Shown here piece after piece: positions 1 through 13,400 of a stretch of DNA of 35,477 nucleotides (the first letter of the stretch is position 1; the number at the start of each line of letters is the position of its first letter). The DNA is taken from assembly GCA_032718475.1 (NCBI GenBank), contig JAUCBJ010005201.1, forward strand, positions 1 through 35,477. Reading direction: 5' to 3'. A model generated the notes under the pieces. The model made no database searches, was not told the origin of the DNA, and worked only from the letters and a program-made list of their open reading frames with translations. Source of the DNA: Nemertoderma westbladi. Its lineage: Eukaryota > Animalia > Xenacoelomorpha. Position numbers and translations under genes: made by a program.

Positions 1-159
1 GGTGAACTGTACTAGTTCGAATTAAATAAATTGTAACAAAATAAGCTAGAACGAATGTGATATTAGCATGTGCGATGGCCAAAGTAACCCTTTAAAAGGG
101 TTACATTATAATTAGGGACAATTTCCGTAGCTACTTTCAGGGTGGACAGCTCTGAAATT

Positions 160-251
160 CAAATTAAAGTAGGATATAAAAAAAGGTTTCAGATTAAAGT
201 AGGATATAAAAAAAGATTGAAATTAAAGTTAGGACAATTAAAGTTGGGATA
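160..251. repeat. Short degenerate tandem repeat, about 30-bp unit (ATTAAAGTAGGATATAAAAAAAG), 2 full and 2 partial copies
   Basis: ATTAAAGT(A/T)(A)GGA recurs at about 163, 193, 222 and 237. Confidence 0.6.
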
Positions 252-289
252 TCCTCATGGTCGTTCCGGATACCTCCCGTTCGCTGTAC

Positions 290-533
290 ACAGTATTCGC
301 TATTCCTCGTCGTTGTTCCGGGTACCCCCAATTCGCCATATTCCAGTATTCACTCCTCCTTGCCGTTGTTCAGGGTACCGGCAGACCGGTTTGCCATATT
401 CGCTCCTTCTGTCCTTCTTGCCGTTGTTCTGGGTCCCCCGTTCGCCATATTCACTCCTCCTTGCCGTTGTTCTGGAAGGTACCCCCGATCACCATATTCG
501 CTCCTCCTTGTCTGCTTGTTGTTGTACAGGGTA
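290..533. repeat. Degenerate GC-rich minisatellite, about 45-55-bp unit (CCATATTCRCTCCTCCTTGCCGTTGTTCTGGGTACCCC), about 5 copies
   Basis: Motifs TATTC(G/A)CTCCT, CGTTGTT and GGT(A)CCCC repeat in order. The short overlapping ORFs here show the same periodicity. Confidence 0.7.
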
Positions 534-1280
534 ATCTCTGTTCGTCGTATAAATAAGCAAGTATACCAGTATACAGTGCTGCAGTGCTTGACCGGTACCT
601 GCTGTACTGTCACTCTGTCACTACTGTACTACAGTACTAAAGTACTGAAGTAGCAGTAGCAGTCCCTGCCTAACAAACTGCCTAATTTACAAAAAGATAG
701 TATTAGGTACCGTACCCCTATCTGAATGTTGATATCAATGGGATTCGGAGGCGTACATCGACGTCATGGCCAATCACAAACTGACAAATCGTTTTCAAAT
801 TTTGAATAATTTTTAAACTGAAAACACCAATATCTCGGCTATTTTAACATCTTATTGGATTCTGTAAACTAAACGCCATTGAATCATTGGTGTGCATTGT
901 GGTTCTGTGATATTATTGATCTAATTAATCTGGTTTTGAATTGGAGTCGTGAACCCCATTAGGGTTTTTAGGCCCCTACTACTACTACTGTAAAGTGCCC
1001 AACAAAAAGTAGTTCACGGTGCTCCAATCTGCCAATCGCGACAAGACCCCCCCACCACCACCACGATCCCACAACTACAGTATATAGTACTAGAGGAGCC
1101 GAACCGGAACCGAACTGCTGAACTGAAACCGAGCATGGCAATTTTGAATTTTGACACTTAGAAACCTTATGAAATTATATTTTTTTCACTTTATTCTTGC
1201 ATTTTTTGATCAGATGTATTTATACAGTACTGATATAAACAGGAACATGCTTCACATTTCTAATTTCCTAGTCTAATATA

Positions 1281-1570
1281 GAGGGATGTGAGTTTTCCGG
1301 AACTATGTTTTTCAAGGAAATTTCCGGAAAAGTATATTTGTCCGTTAACGACCACAAGAGCCAACAACAAACCACCTAAACACATCGAAGCAGGAATCCC
1401 TTGTTTCTATTGTTTCCTGTACTTGTGTTATACTATATGTTTACAGAATGTGCTTAATAAAATAATTAATAAAATAGGAAATTTTCGGAAAATGGATATG
1501 AAATTTCAGGAAAAATGTATATGAAGTTTTCTGAAATTTCCAACCATTCATTTCCTGCTTCATATCCCTA
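1281..1570. mobile_element. hAT-like MITE (290 bp) with 8-bp TSD
   Basis: Ends GAGGGATGTG...CATATCCCTA form an imperfect TIR resembling hAT TAGGGATG. Identical CTAATATA flanks at 1273-1280 and 1571-1578. Subterminal AATTTCCGGAAA-like repeats on both sides. Confidence 0.8.
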
Positions 1571-1646
1571 CTAATATATTTACATCTTCATTCAGGTTTC
1601 TTTGAAAGGTATTTGCGATAAATAGATTGAAAAGTAATAGTATTGA

Positions 1647-4600
1647 TTTTAGTGCAACACCAGCACAATTGTGTTGTGCTGGTGTGGCACTAAAAACACA
1701 ATCACTTGTGTTGTGCTGGTGTGGCACTAAAAACACAATCACTTGTGTTGTGCTGGTGTGGCACTAAAAACACAATCACTTGTGTTGTGCTGGTGTGGCA
1801 CTAAAAACACAATCATTTGTGTTGTGCTGGTGGGGCACTAAAAACACAATCACTTGTGTTGTGCTGGTGTGGCACTAAAAACACAATCATTTGTGTTGTG
1901 CTGGTGTGGCACTAAAAACACAATCACTTGTGTTGTGCTGGTGTGGCACTAAAAACACAATCACTTGTGTTGTGCTCGTGTGGCACTAAAAACACAATCA
2001 TTTGTGTTGTGCTGGTGGGGCACTAAAAACACAATCACTTGTGTTGTGCTCGTGTCGCACTAAAAACACAATCGATTGTGTTGTGCTGGTGTGGCACTAA
2101 AAACACAATCACTTGTGTTGTGCTCGTGGGGAACTAACAACACAATCACTTGTGTTGTGCTCGTGTCGCACTAAAAACACAATCACTTTTGTTGTGCTCG
2201 TGTGGCACTAAAAACACAATCACCTGTGTTGTGCTCGTGTCGCACTAAAAACACAACCGATTGTGTTGTGCTGGTGTGACACTAAAAACACAATCATTTG
2301 TGTTGTGCTCGTGGGGAACTAACAACACAATCACTTGTGTTGTGCTCGTGTCGCACTAAAAACACAATCACTTTTGTTGTGCTCGTGTGGCACTAAAAAC
2401 ACAATCACTTGTGTTGTGCTCGTGTCGCACTAAAAACACAACCGATTGTGTTGTGCTGGTGTGACACTAAAAACACAATCACTTGTGTTGTGCTCGTGTC
2501 GCACTAAAAACACAATCGATTGTGTTGTGCTGGTGTGGCACTAAAAACACAATCACTTGTGTTGTGCTCGTGGGGCACTAAAAACACAATCACTTGTGTT
2601 GTGCTCGTGTCGCACTAAAAACGCAATCGATTGTGTTGTGCTGGTGTGGCACTAAAAACACAATCACTTTTGTTGTGCTCGTGTGGCACTAAAAACACAA
2701 TCACTTGTGTTGTGCTCGTGTCGCACTAAAAACACAACCGATTGTGTTGTGCTGGTGTGACACTAAAAACACAATCACTTGTGTTGTGCTCGTGTCGCAC
2801 TAAAAACACAATCGATTGTGTTGTGCTGGTGTGGCACTAAAAACACAATCACTTTTGTTGTGCTCGTGTGGCACTAAAAACACAATCACTTGTGTTGTGC
2901 TCGTGGGGCACTAAAAACACAATCACTTGTGTTGTGCTCGTGTCGCACTAAAAACACAACCGATTGTGTTGTGCTGGTGTGACACTAAAAACACAATCAC
3001 TTGTGTTGTGCTCGTGTCGCACTAAAAACACAATCGATTGTGTTGTGCTGGTGTGGCACTAAAAACACAATCACTTGTGTTGTGCTCGTGGGGCACTAAA
3101 AACACAATCACTTGTGTTGTGCTCGTGTCGCACTAAAAACGCAATCGATTGTGTTGTGCTGGTGTGGCACTAAAAACACAATCACTTTTGTTGTGCTCGT
3201 GTGGCACTAAAAACACAATCACTTGTGTTGTGCTCGTGTCGCACTAAAAACACAACCGATTGTGTTGTGCTGGTGTGACACTAAAAACACAATCACTTGT
3301 GTTGTGCTCGTGTCGCACTAAAAACACAATCGATTGTGTTGTGCTGGTGTGGCACTAAAAACACAATCACTTTTGTTGTGCTCGTGTGGCACTAAAAACA
3401 CAATCACTTGTGTTGTGCTGGTGTGACACTAAAAACACAATCACTTGTGTTGTGCTCGTGTCGCACTAAAAACACAATCGATTGTGTTGTGCTGGTGTGG
3501 CACTAAAAACACAATCACTTTTGTTGTGCTCGTGTGGCACTAAAAACACAATCACTTGTGTTGTGCTCGTGGGGCACTAAAAACACAATCACTTGTGTTG
3601 TGCTCGTGTCGCACTAAAAACGCAATCGATTGTGTTGTGCTGGTGTGGCACTAAAAACACAATCACTTTTGTTGTGCTCGTGTGGCACTAAAAACACAAT
3701 CACTTGTGTTGTGCTCGTGTCGCACTAAAAACACAACCGATTGTGTTGTGCTGGTGTGACACTAAAAACACAATCACTTGTGTTGTGCTCGTGTCGCACT
3801 AAAAACGCAATCGATTGTGTTGTGCTGGTGTGGCACTAAAAACACAATCACTTTTGTTGTGCTCGTGTGGCACTAAAAACACAATCACTTGTGTTGTGCT
3901 CGTGTCGCACTAAAAACACAACCGATTGTGTTGTGCTGGTGTGACACTAAAAACACAATCACTTGTGTTGTGCTCGTGTCGCACTAAAAACACAACCGAT
4001 TGTGTTGTGCTGGTGTGACACTAAAAACACAATCACTTGTGTTGTGCTCGTGTCGCACTAAAAACACAATCGATTGTGTTGTGCTGGTGTGGCACTAAAA
4101 ACACAATCACTTGTGTTGTGCTCGTGGGGCACTAAAAACACAATCACTTGTGTTGTGCTCGTGTCGCACTAAAAACACAACCGATTGTGTTGTGCTGGTG
4201 TGACACTAAAAACACAATCACTTGTGTTGTGCTCGTGTCGCACTAAAAACACAATCGATTGTGTTGTGCTCGTGTCGCACTAAAAACACAATCGATTGTG
4301 TTGTGCTGGTGTGGCACTAAAAACACAATCGCTTGTGTTGTGCCCGTGGGGCACTAAAAACACAATCACTTGTGTTGTGCTCGTGGGGCACTAAAAACAC
4401 AATCACTTGTGTTGTGCTCGTGTCGCACTAAAAACGCAATCGATTGTGTTGTGCTGGTGTGGCACTAAAAACACAATCGCTTGTGTTGTGCTCGTGGGGC
4501 ACTAAAAACACAAACATTTGTGTTGTGCTGGTGTGGCACTAAAAACACAATAGCTTGTGTTGTGCTCGTGGGGCACTAAAAACACAATCATTTGTGTTGT

Positions 4601-5883
4601 GCTGGTGTGGCACTAAAAACACAATCGCTTGTGTTGTGGTCGTGGGGCACTAACAACACAATCGCTTGTGTTGTGCTCGTGGGGCACTAAAAACACAATC
4701 ACTTGTGTTGTGCTCGTGGGGCACTAAAAACACAATCACTTGTGTTGTGCTCGTGTCGCACTAAAAACACAATCGATTGTGTTGTGCTGGTGTGGCACTA
4801 AAAACACAATCGCTTGTGTTGTGCTCGTGGGGCACTAAAAACACAATCACTTGTGTTGTGCTCGTGGGGCACTAAAAACGCAATCACTTGTGTTGTGCTC
4901 GGGGGCACTAAAAACACAATCACTTGTGTTGTGCTCGTGTCGCACTAAAAACACAATCGATTGTGTTGTGCTGGTGTGGCACTAAAACCACAATCGCTTG
5001 TGTTGTGCTCGTGGGGCACTAACAACACAATCACTTGTGTTGTGCTCGTATCGCACTAAAAACACAATCGATTGTGTTGTGCTGGTGTGGCACTAAAAAC
5101 ACAATCGTTTGTGTTGTGCTCGTGGGGCACTAAAAACACAATCACTTGTGTTGTGCTCGTGGGGCACTAAAAACACAATCACTTGTGTTGTGCTCGTGGG
5201 GCACTAAAAACACAATCACTTGTGTTGTGCTCGTGGGGCACTAAAAACACAATCACTTGTGTTGTGCTCGTATCGCACTAAAAACACAATCGATTGTGTT
5301 GTGCTGGTGTGGCACTAAAAACACAATCGCTTGTGTTGTGCTCGTGGGGCACTAAAAACACAATCATTTGTGTTGTGCTGGTGGGGCACTAAAAACACAA
5401 TCGCTTGTGTTGTGCTCGTGGGGCACTAAAAACACAATCACTTGTGTTGTGCTCGTGTCGCACTAAAAACACAATCACTTGTGTTGTGCTCGTGTCGCAC
5501 TAAAAACACAATCGCTTGTGTTGTGCTCGTTGGGCACTAAAAACACAATCACTTGTGTTGTGCTCGTATCGCACTAACAACACAATCGATTGTGTTGTGC
5601 TGGTGTGGCACTAAAAACACAATCGCTTGTGTTGTGCTCGTGGGGCACTAAAAACACAATCATTTGTGTTGTGCTGGTGGGGCACTAAAAACACAATCGC
5701 TTGTGTTGTGCTCGTGGGGCACTAAAAACACAATCACTTGTGTTGTGCTCGTGTCGCACTAAAAACACAATCACTTGTGTTGTGCTCGTGTCGCACTAAA
5801 AACACAATCGCTTGTGTTGTGCTCGTGTCGCACTAAAAACACAATCACTTGTGTTGTGCTCGTGTCGCACTAAAAACACAATC
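1647..5883. repeat. Tandem satellite, 37-bp unit GCACTAAAAACACAATCACTTGTGTTGTGCT(G/C)GTG(T/G)(G/C), about 114 copies, with an inverted partial unit at the left edge
   Basis: TAAAAACACAA starts at 1691, 1728, 1765 (period 37) and continues to 5883. Internal hairpin AACACAA-loop-TTGTGTT. No unique spacers. Confidence 0.97.
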
Positions 5884-6208
5884 CTCTTAGTATTAGTTTA
5901 GTCTTTGTTGAGACGTGCTTAGCGCCGTATGTGCGAACTCCATACAGTAAAGCCCAGGCCCCCCATAACTGACCCGACCCCATGCCACCCACCACTCTAA
6001 ATCCGACCCCCATGCTTACAGCGTCTTTAATTCAGGTACAGTATACAGTATGTACTAATATTTATATATCCTTTATTCACGGTCCAGGACTAACTGCTTC
6101 TATAGTCCTTGTTCATTGGTACAAATATGATTAGTCTGCCTGAGTAAAGGTAGATAAACGTTGTACATGTAAGATGCACAGTACGTAGGACGTAGCCTAG
6201 AATTTAGG

Positions 6209-6484
6209 GAGACAGGGGGGTGGGGGGGGGGGGGGGGGGGGTCTGGACGCAAATCACATCTTGGTGAATTAATATCTATCGCCTCAATGGTAAATTCTCA
6301 ATTTAGGGAAAGGACAAAGGAGCAGGTTACAGTGGTACGTAATTATAACCAAAACAATAAACTAAAGTCATTGGAATAGGTTACAGTATAGGCCGATTCA
6401 GAGCTATTCAGCTATTTGCATCGAATTTTCCCTAGAGAGGGATGAATTCTTATTGCGTGGACAGCCCCCCGCTCCTCCTATTTG
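6209..6484 (+). mobile_element. G-tract/C-tract MITE family, copy 1 (degenerate)
   Basis: Aligns along its length with 8241-8510: GAGACAG-polyG-GACG...AATTAATATC...GGGAAAGG...TAACCAAAACAATAAAC...GAGAGGGAT...TTGCGT...C-rich end. Confidence 0.8.
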
Positions 6485-8240
6485 AAATATGTCGCTGTAG
6501 TATCGCAGTCCTCCTACTGTACCTCTGACAACGTACTGTATTCCAGTAATAATGCTTAACTTGCCATTCACTAAATACTTTATAAATAAAGTCCTGTATG
6601 ATAGATACCACGCCCTTAGTTGCTCACAATGTCCCTCTCTGTCTGCCTAATATAACTTTTAAGATATTTATTTTCTACTACAGTATTTTTAGGAATGAAC
6701 GTTATGTATGAATTTTACACGTTTTAATCGGTTCCGATTTGCCCCGCTTGGGGGCGTATATATAATAATTAAAAATAACGTCGTGAGAATAATGTTCCAT
6801 TTAAAAATAAAACTACTACTAGTTTTGAATTTGCATGTTAAATAAGGTATAATAATATAATGATAAATAACATATTTTCACTATGCTCTCGATTCTTTAT
6901 TAAATCTTTATTAAAATTTAAAATATCTCGAGTAGGCCTACAGTGAAAATAATGTGTTCTACCTTATTTACCATGCAATAAACTACAGTGGCGTGCGTGC
7001 AAGGACGCGGGATGTAAATCTTCAGAACACTTCTGTTAATTAATTAATAGTAATACAGTCTGAGAGAGAGAAATCCCAGCCCTTAAATGTCATTATTATT
7101 AACCTTTTATTAACCTTATTAACATTTTCGAACGGCCAAAGTGCTTAAATTTCAATCAGCTGGCCTCCCACCTAACATAGCAGTGAGTAGGCCTAACCTT
7201 ATAGATATTCCCATAGGATTCAATAGGAAGAGCTATTCAGCTGGCGGGGTAATACATTACAAACTAACAGTTGATGCTTGCTTAAGCTACTTGTCTGGAA
7301 TAGAGTGAGAGAGTATAACTTGGCAAGTAATATACAGTACTTCTCTGCTCTGTTTGGGCCTATCCATTCAATAAATAGTAGTAGCTTACTAGGCCCTCAT
7401 GAGCACCAGTAGATGGTGTTTCTATCATTGAGTCTATGGCGATTTCAGTGTTATGGGCAAAAACTAATGACTGTATTTTTCTGAGAATTTCTTTTAACAC
7501 CCATTAAGAGCTGTAGGCTAGGGTTTGTATTTGATTGATTTGGAAACATTATAAATCAGTAAATCAATTTAATATAATTTAATTAAACTCAAGTTTATTA
7601 TCAGTATAAATAACTAATTAATTCAATTTGTTTTAACAATAATCTCAAATGATAAATTGTATTATTCTCCTTTCTCCAATATCTCTCTCATATATAAATT
7701 TTACAATCCTACCAAGACTCACTAACCACAGCTGATACGCCTATACACAAACCTCCATCATCTCATAATATTAATTAGTAATCAACGTACATCATTATTG
7801 CATATACATAGCACATAGGTTATAGAGTCCACTACAGAGCGTACACTACAGAAGGGTACAATAAAAACATACAATCAACCGGATACTGTAGTTTCGGAGC
7901 ATTTAGTGTTTCACACAGATAGACAGACAGACAAAAACAGATACGGATTTCTTACAGTAAGTAAATCTGAGATTATTTTAGAAATAATCATTACCACAGT
8001 ATTACCATATTGCAATGACACTAAATATGAAAATTGCTACGTAATCGTCCAAAATGAGTTATCAAGGGTTTGTTTTCAAATATCCATATCGATCGACGGG
8101 TGTCTGCTTCCATGTACCGTAGGGCGGTTCGCGCCAGTTCGGGGATCTGATCTGATCTTTTTTGGGATTGTGAGGAGCTAGCGAAGCTTTAAATAATAAT
8201 AAGTAAAAAATCACTCTTTTATTAATCTATAACAAATAAA

Positions 8241-8510
8241 GAGACAGGGGGGGGGGGGGGGGGTGACTCGACGTAAAACCCGCCTTGGCGAATTAATATC
8301 CCGCCTCAATGTTAAATTCTCAATTTAGGGAAAGGAGCTGGTTACAATGGCAAGTTAGCTTAACCAAAACAATAAACTAAACACAATTGAACATGTTACA
8401 GTTTTATTTTTGAGAGTAATCAGCTGTTCTTTGCGTCGAATTTCCCCTGGAGAGGGATTAATTTTTATTGCGTCCAGTTTCCCCCCCCCCCCCCCCCCCC
8501 CCCCTATCTG
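8241..8510 (+). mobile_element. G-tract/C-tract MITE family, copy 2, with 8-bp TSD (hAT- or P-type)
   Basis: Ends are GAGACAG(G)n and (C)nTATCTG. CAAATAAA is duplicated at 8233-8240 and 8511-8518. Confidence 0.85.
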
Positions 8511-9200
8511 CAAATAAAATTAAATAAAAAGGTACCCGCATTGGAACCCTTACGGTCAACAATAATTGCACTATATGTATGTTTTTTATTGATCCAATAT
8601 GATATTCAAGTTTAACAAACAGACAAAGAGAAAATTACTTAAAGAGGTCGTGAGAAAACTACTTCACAGATAACACGAATATAAATTTGGATACTACTGT
8701 ATATGTATATGACAAGCGAAACAAACAACAAACGATACAAATATTCAAAAATAGAGGGAAAATAGAACAGGGTAGGGAACAGGTAATTAAAAGATATACA
8801 AGATATGCTGGCGGATTCTGGACTGTTACATAATAACTAAGAACATATAGACGGTGACTAATGAAATGGATACAATGATAGAAGATAGCGAGATTTGCAA
8901 AAACTGGTCGCTGCAACAAATCATGATGGGTGACGAAACAATGGAAAAACAAAACGCGATGATTGTTCCTTCATAAGACTAACAATAAAACTCATAAAAC
9001 TAATAATACTAGTGGTTAGCGAGCGAGGGAGATAAGTACAGCGATAAAACATTGTAACAAAGAAAAATGTCTCAACACAAAACAGAATTAATAGTCGATT
9101 AAGCACAAAAATGCAAACATAAAGAAGCCTACAACAAATTACAAACAAAAGATATAACAGATCGCGTGATAAGGGTCATGTCAGCAAGCCGGTCCGCTAG

Positions 9201-10050
9201 TGTACTTTATTAGCAACAAATTACTAACGAATTACAAAAAAATTACATGCAAAAACATGCAGGATAGTTAGCGTGGTGGGGTTAGTACACCGGTTAACAA
9301 AGTACTTTATTTACAACAAATTACAAACAAAAACAAAAAAATTACAAGCAAAGAAGATAGAACATATAGCAGCATGATGGTGTCAGCAAGCTGTCAACAA
9401 AAAAAATGTACTATATTTACAACAAATTACAAACAAAAACAAAAAAAATTACAAGCAAAGGAGATAGAACATATAGCAGCATGATGGGGTCAGCAAGCTG
9501 TCAACAAAATAAATGTACTTTATTTACAACAAATTACAAACAAAAACAAAAACAAAAAAAATTACAAGCAAAGGAGATAGAACATATAGCATGATGGGGT
9601 CAGCAAGCTGTCAACAAAATAAATGTACTTTATTTACAACAAATTACAAACAAAAACAAAAAAATTACAAGCAAAGGAGATAGAACATATAGCATGATGG
9701 TGTCAGCAAGCTGTCAACAAAATAAATGTACTTTATTTACAACAAATTACAAACAAAAACAAAAAAATTACAAGCAAAGAAGATAGAACATATAGCATGA
9801 TGGTGTCAGCAAGCTGTCAACAAAATAAATGTACTTTATTTACAACAAATTACAAACAAAAACAAAAAAAATTACAAGCATAGGAGATATAACATATAGC
9901 AGCATGATGGGGTCAGCAAGCTGTCAACAAAATAAATGTACTTTATTTACAACAAATTACAAACAAAAACAAAAAAAATTACGTCCAAAACATGCAGGAT
10001 AGTTCGCGTGGTGGGGGTTAGCAAGTCGGTTTACAAATGTACTTTATTTA
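9201..10050. repeat. Tandem repeat, about 105-bp unit, about 8 copies, downstream of CFAP54
   Basis: GTACTTTATT(TACAACAAATTAC) recurs near 9202, 9302, 9408, 9515, 9625, 9728, 9831, 9938 and 10039. The first and last units share a CAAAACATGCAGGATAG variant. Confidence 0.92.
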
Positions 10051-10472
10051 ACTTCTTTCCGAAGTTTTAGAAGGCGGGATGTAAAAGTTGGTAATCTTAG
10101 CCATCTGCCAATACTCAGTGACAGTACCCAACATACTAAAGATAATTATAAATAAAAATGTATGTGGCCATTGGGGGCCACTGTAATTACCAGCCCACCC
10201 GTCATTTAAAAGTAATAATAAGGAATGCAGGTTGTGTTGCGTGGTGGAAGAATACTTACAATAAGATTTGGCAAAATGTCATTTATGGGTTACCTATTTA
10301 TTATGTACATAACAAATCTGTAAAAATTCACAAATCTACTGTAAACATTAAATAGTATGAAATTAAGTTTACTTAATTATTTACAAGGTTATTTACAAAC
10401 ACAGAAAAGTATGTTACACGTTATAAAGTTACACGTTTTGTTTGGGTATAGTTTGGATTTCAAGTCCTAAAC

Positions 10473-13400
10473 TTAAGTGGTGGGGGTCGAATATCGCTCG
10501 GCTGATTCGATTGGCCGATCTGGTAGCAGCAGACGCAGATACCAAGCTTGTAACTGACCAGACAGCAACGTAGCCCCTGTGGACACACTAAACGTCTGTT
10601 CAAGAGATGTTAGTGTCTCGAGTGACGGTTTGAGTTTCGGTAAGGAAGCAACATCATCCTTCCCCGATAATTCTCTGGATATGAGAACCATAATTTGGGT
10701 GAGTTTCTCCAGCAGTTCATTTTCTGGATTAACTTCGGTTGCACTTTTTGTTTTCGATGTTCTACTCTTGGAAGATTTCGTCGAAGACCTGGACTTTGAT
10801 ACTCTTGCCGATGGGCTGGGTCTCTCTACTTTCTCAACATCAGCAGACTTAACCTCGGCAACATTGAGTAGATTAACCAGTTTACTATGAATAACCGATA
10901 CGATTTTACGAGAAACGAATTTTACTCCAACATCGTAAGCTGCTGGGTCGCTTTTACTAGCCTGATATGGTTTATGGTTTACAGCATAAATCAATACAAT
11001 GTTGTCCTTCATATTAAGTGAATACCACTGCAGACATAACTGTGAGTCAGTTGCTGTTGACACTACAGGTGATTTAGTCATGCTGACTTTCCCAGAAGCC
11101 GCCGTGTCAGCAGTGGGGCGCTTTACTGGATCCATTAGCATGGGACCGTAAGATGTAATGGTTATCCCTGCATCCAGCGACGATGTTTGGTCGGATATAG
11201 TATCCAATAAGGTTGATATAATTACTGGCTGCTGCGTTGGGAGGCATTGGTCAATATATTCCGGTAACTGGCTGGCAAAGAAACCATGAGCATGAGCAAT
11301 TCGCAGTGATATCTGTGTGGCATAAATAGGGTAGTTGACAATCTGATGGGATAGCTCAGATTGGTCGGTGTCATCATTATAGTATGAGCAAACTGAATGA
11401 AGCAACGACCCATGTTTGGCATCCTCCTGGGCAGACACCAGACCAGCGACTGAAGATGTATTAGCAAATTGGTTTAACAATGATGTATATGTCAAAATAT
11501 GCAGCCATGACAACTGGCATTTATAAGAATCAGTATTCTGACTATTAGGTGATCCATCAATGTCTATTATATTTGGGGTTCCATGTGACAACATCAGGTC
11601 CAATAGCATAAACTCGGGTAGATTCATTTGGGCACTTGATGAGAGTTTTTGGCCAGATATAGTGGTAGCCCCCACCAATCGCTGTCTCTGACAACTTGAG
11701 TGCCCAATAGCAGCGGCCGCACGTATGGCCACCCAGGCCCCACGCCTACACCGCTCTCGCTCTTTGGCTAATGCTCTATCCGAATGCTTTCCTGTGATTT
11801 TAGCTTCACTAGTTCTAGAACCTGGTCTACTGCTCGCTTTACTGCCTTCAACATCACTGCCTGAAGTTGCAGACACTATAGACTCGTTATCACCGCCACC
11901 AATGGATTCCTTGATACCATAGCGATAAGGAATAATACTCGCATTATCTACCAAACAAATACCTATTTCCAAGTAGGCTTGTCGCAATATTTCTAAATCA
12001 TTGGATGTGTTCATACATAAGCGTATTGCAGACATCAAAGTTGACACTGTATCTTTAATCGAGAAAAGCCCCAGTAAATTTAGTTGCCTTTGCACTTTAC
12101 CACTGGTCATTAGAATCTCCAACTCCAAATTAGAATCGCGAAAGCCTACAGATTGGCAAAGGCTAAGAGCGGTGCCCAATATAGATGCAGATAATGTGAG
12201 TTTGTATTTATCTGAGCCTGAGCCAACTGTACACAGGTAATGGACACTTAGAGTATGCCCAATCCGTAGTTTGACATGATTCAATAAACTAAATTGATCC
12301 AAGAATACATTCCTTAATGGATTGCATGGCGTAGCTAGACATTCGTGAAGCAAAGGTTCTTCTATATTTTGCCCTAATTGAAGTATCTCATTTAATAACA
12401 TTTTGTGAACAGTTGTGTACATATCTAAACGGCGAGTGGTTGAATCATTAGCTCCATGTTCTAGAGCCCCATAAATGTCAGCCAGGAGCACTAAAGCACC
12501 AGTTTTTACTTGGACGGCATGTCTGCTAAGCTGTGGCAAACCTTCTAGATATGAAATACATTTGATTAAGGAATTTTGTGTCGTCTCTGTTGCTACACCA
12601 TTTTTAATCCCTACCACAGCATATTTATACCAGAGGTCAGCTAAAACATCAATATTATTAGCATTTAAAGCCTCTTTCATGCCCTCCAAACAATAATCAC
12701 TACATTCTGCAATATCCCGTACAAGGTTATTTATATCACCAATCACGCCCACTCCTTTTATTTGACAAAGTAATGAATCTATTATAGCCATGCGACAGTT
12801 GGACCATAGTCTAATATCGAGTTTGTGACGAGACTGAACATTCTCATACTCATGCGATTTTGTATAAACCAAATTTGTATTCACAATGCATTCAGCCGTC
12901 TTTAATTCATTCAAGGCAGATAGTGCCATGCTGGCAGCTGAGCTACAATGGTGTCTTTGACTGATGAGAGTGGCTAACTGAATACGACATTGGATTAAGA
13001 TTTCAAGTTCAGCGCTTGTTTTTGAGTAGGCAGATGGGCTAGTTAGTACTTTAATTAATCTCTGAAGGTTCCTTTCAGCAGCCATCAACAATGTGCCTTT
13101 TATTACACCAGAAGTTAATGGTTGGGATGACCCTGTTAGTAAATGGGCAGTACTCAAAGGAACTCTGGCCTCTGTGTCCGACTCTTCTCCTTCTGATTCA
13201 GATTTAGCATCAGTCGCCAGTCGCAAAAGTAAATCTACAGTTTTAGGACCACCCCGCCTTGGCTTAATAGAACGAGGTGAAGTAGCAAGCGATTGGTCAG
13301 TCTGAGCAGTGGCCACACCATCAATCTCCAATGGGATGTCATCTGGTATGGCATATATGGTAGAAGCGAGAGCTATTAGTAGATTTGTTTGCTGAATAAC

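Noticed and set aside
142-653. Overlapping 87-130-aa ORFs
   Set aside because: Explained by GC-rich degenerate tandem repeats.
995-1010. 16-bp match GTGCCCAACAAAAAGT shared with about 25066
   Set aside because: I could not extend the similarity; it may be chance or a tiny remnant.
1669-5883. CRISPR array (37-bp palindromic repeats)
   Set aside because: Units are head-to-tail with no unique spacers, there are no cas genes, and the context is eukaryotic.
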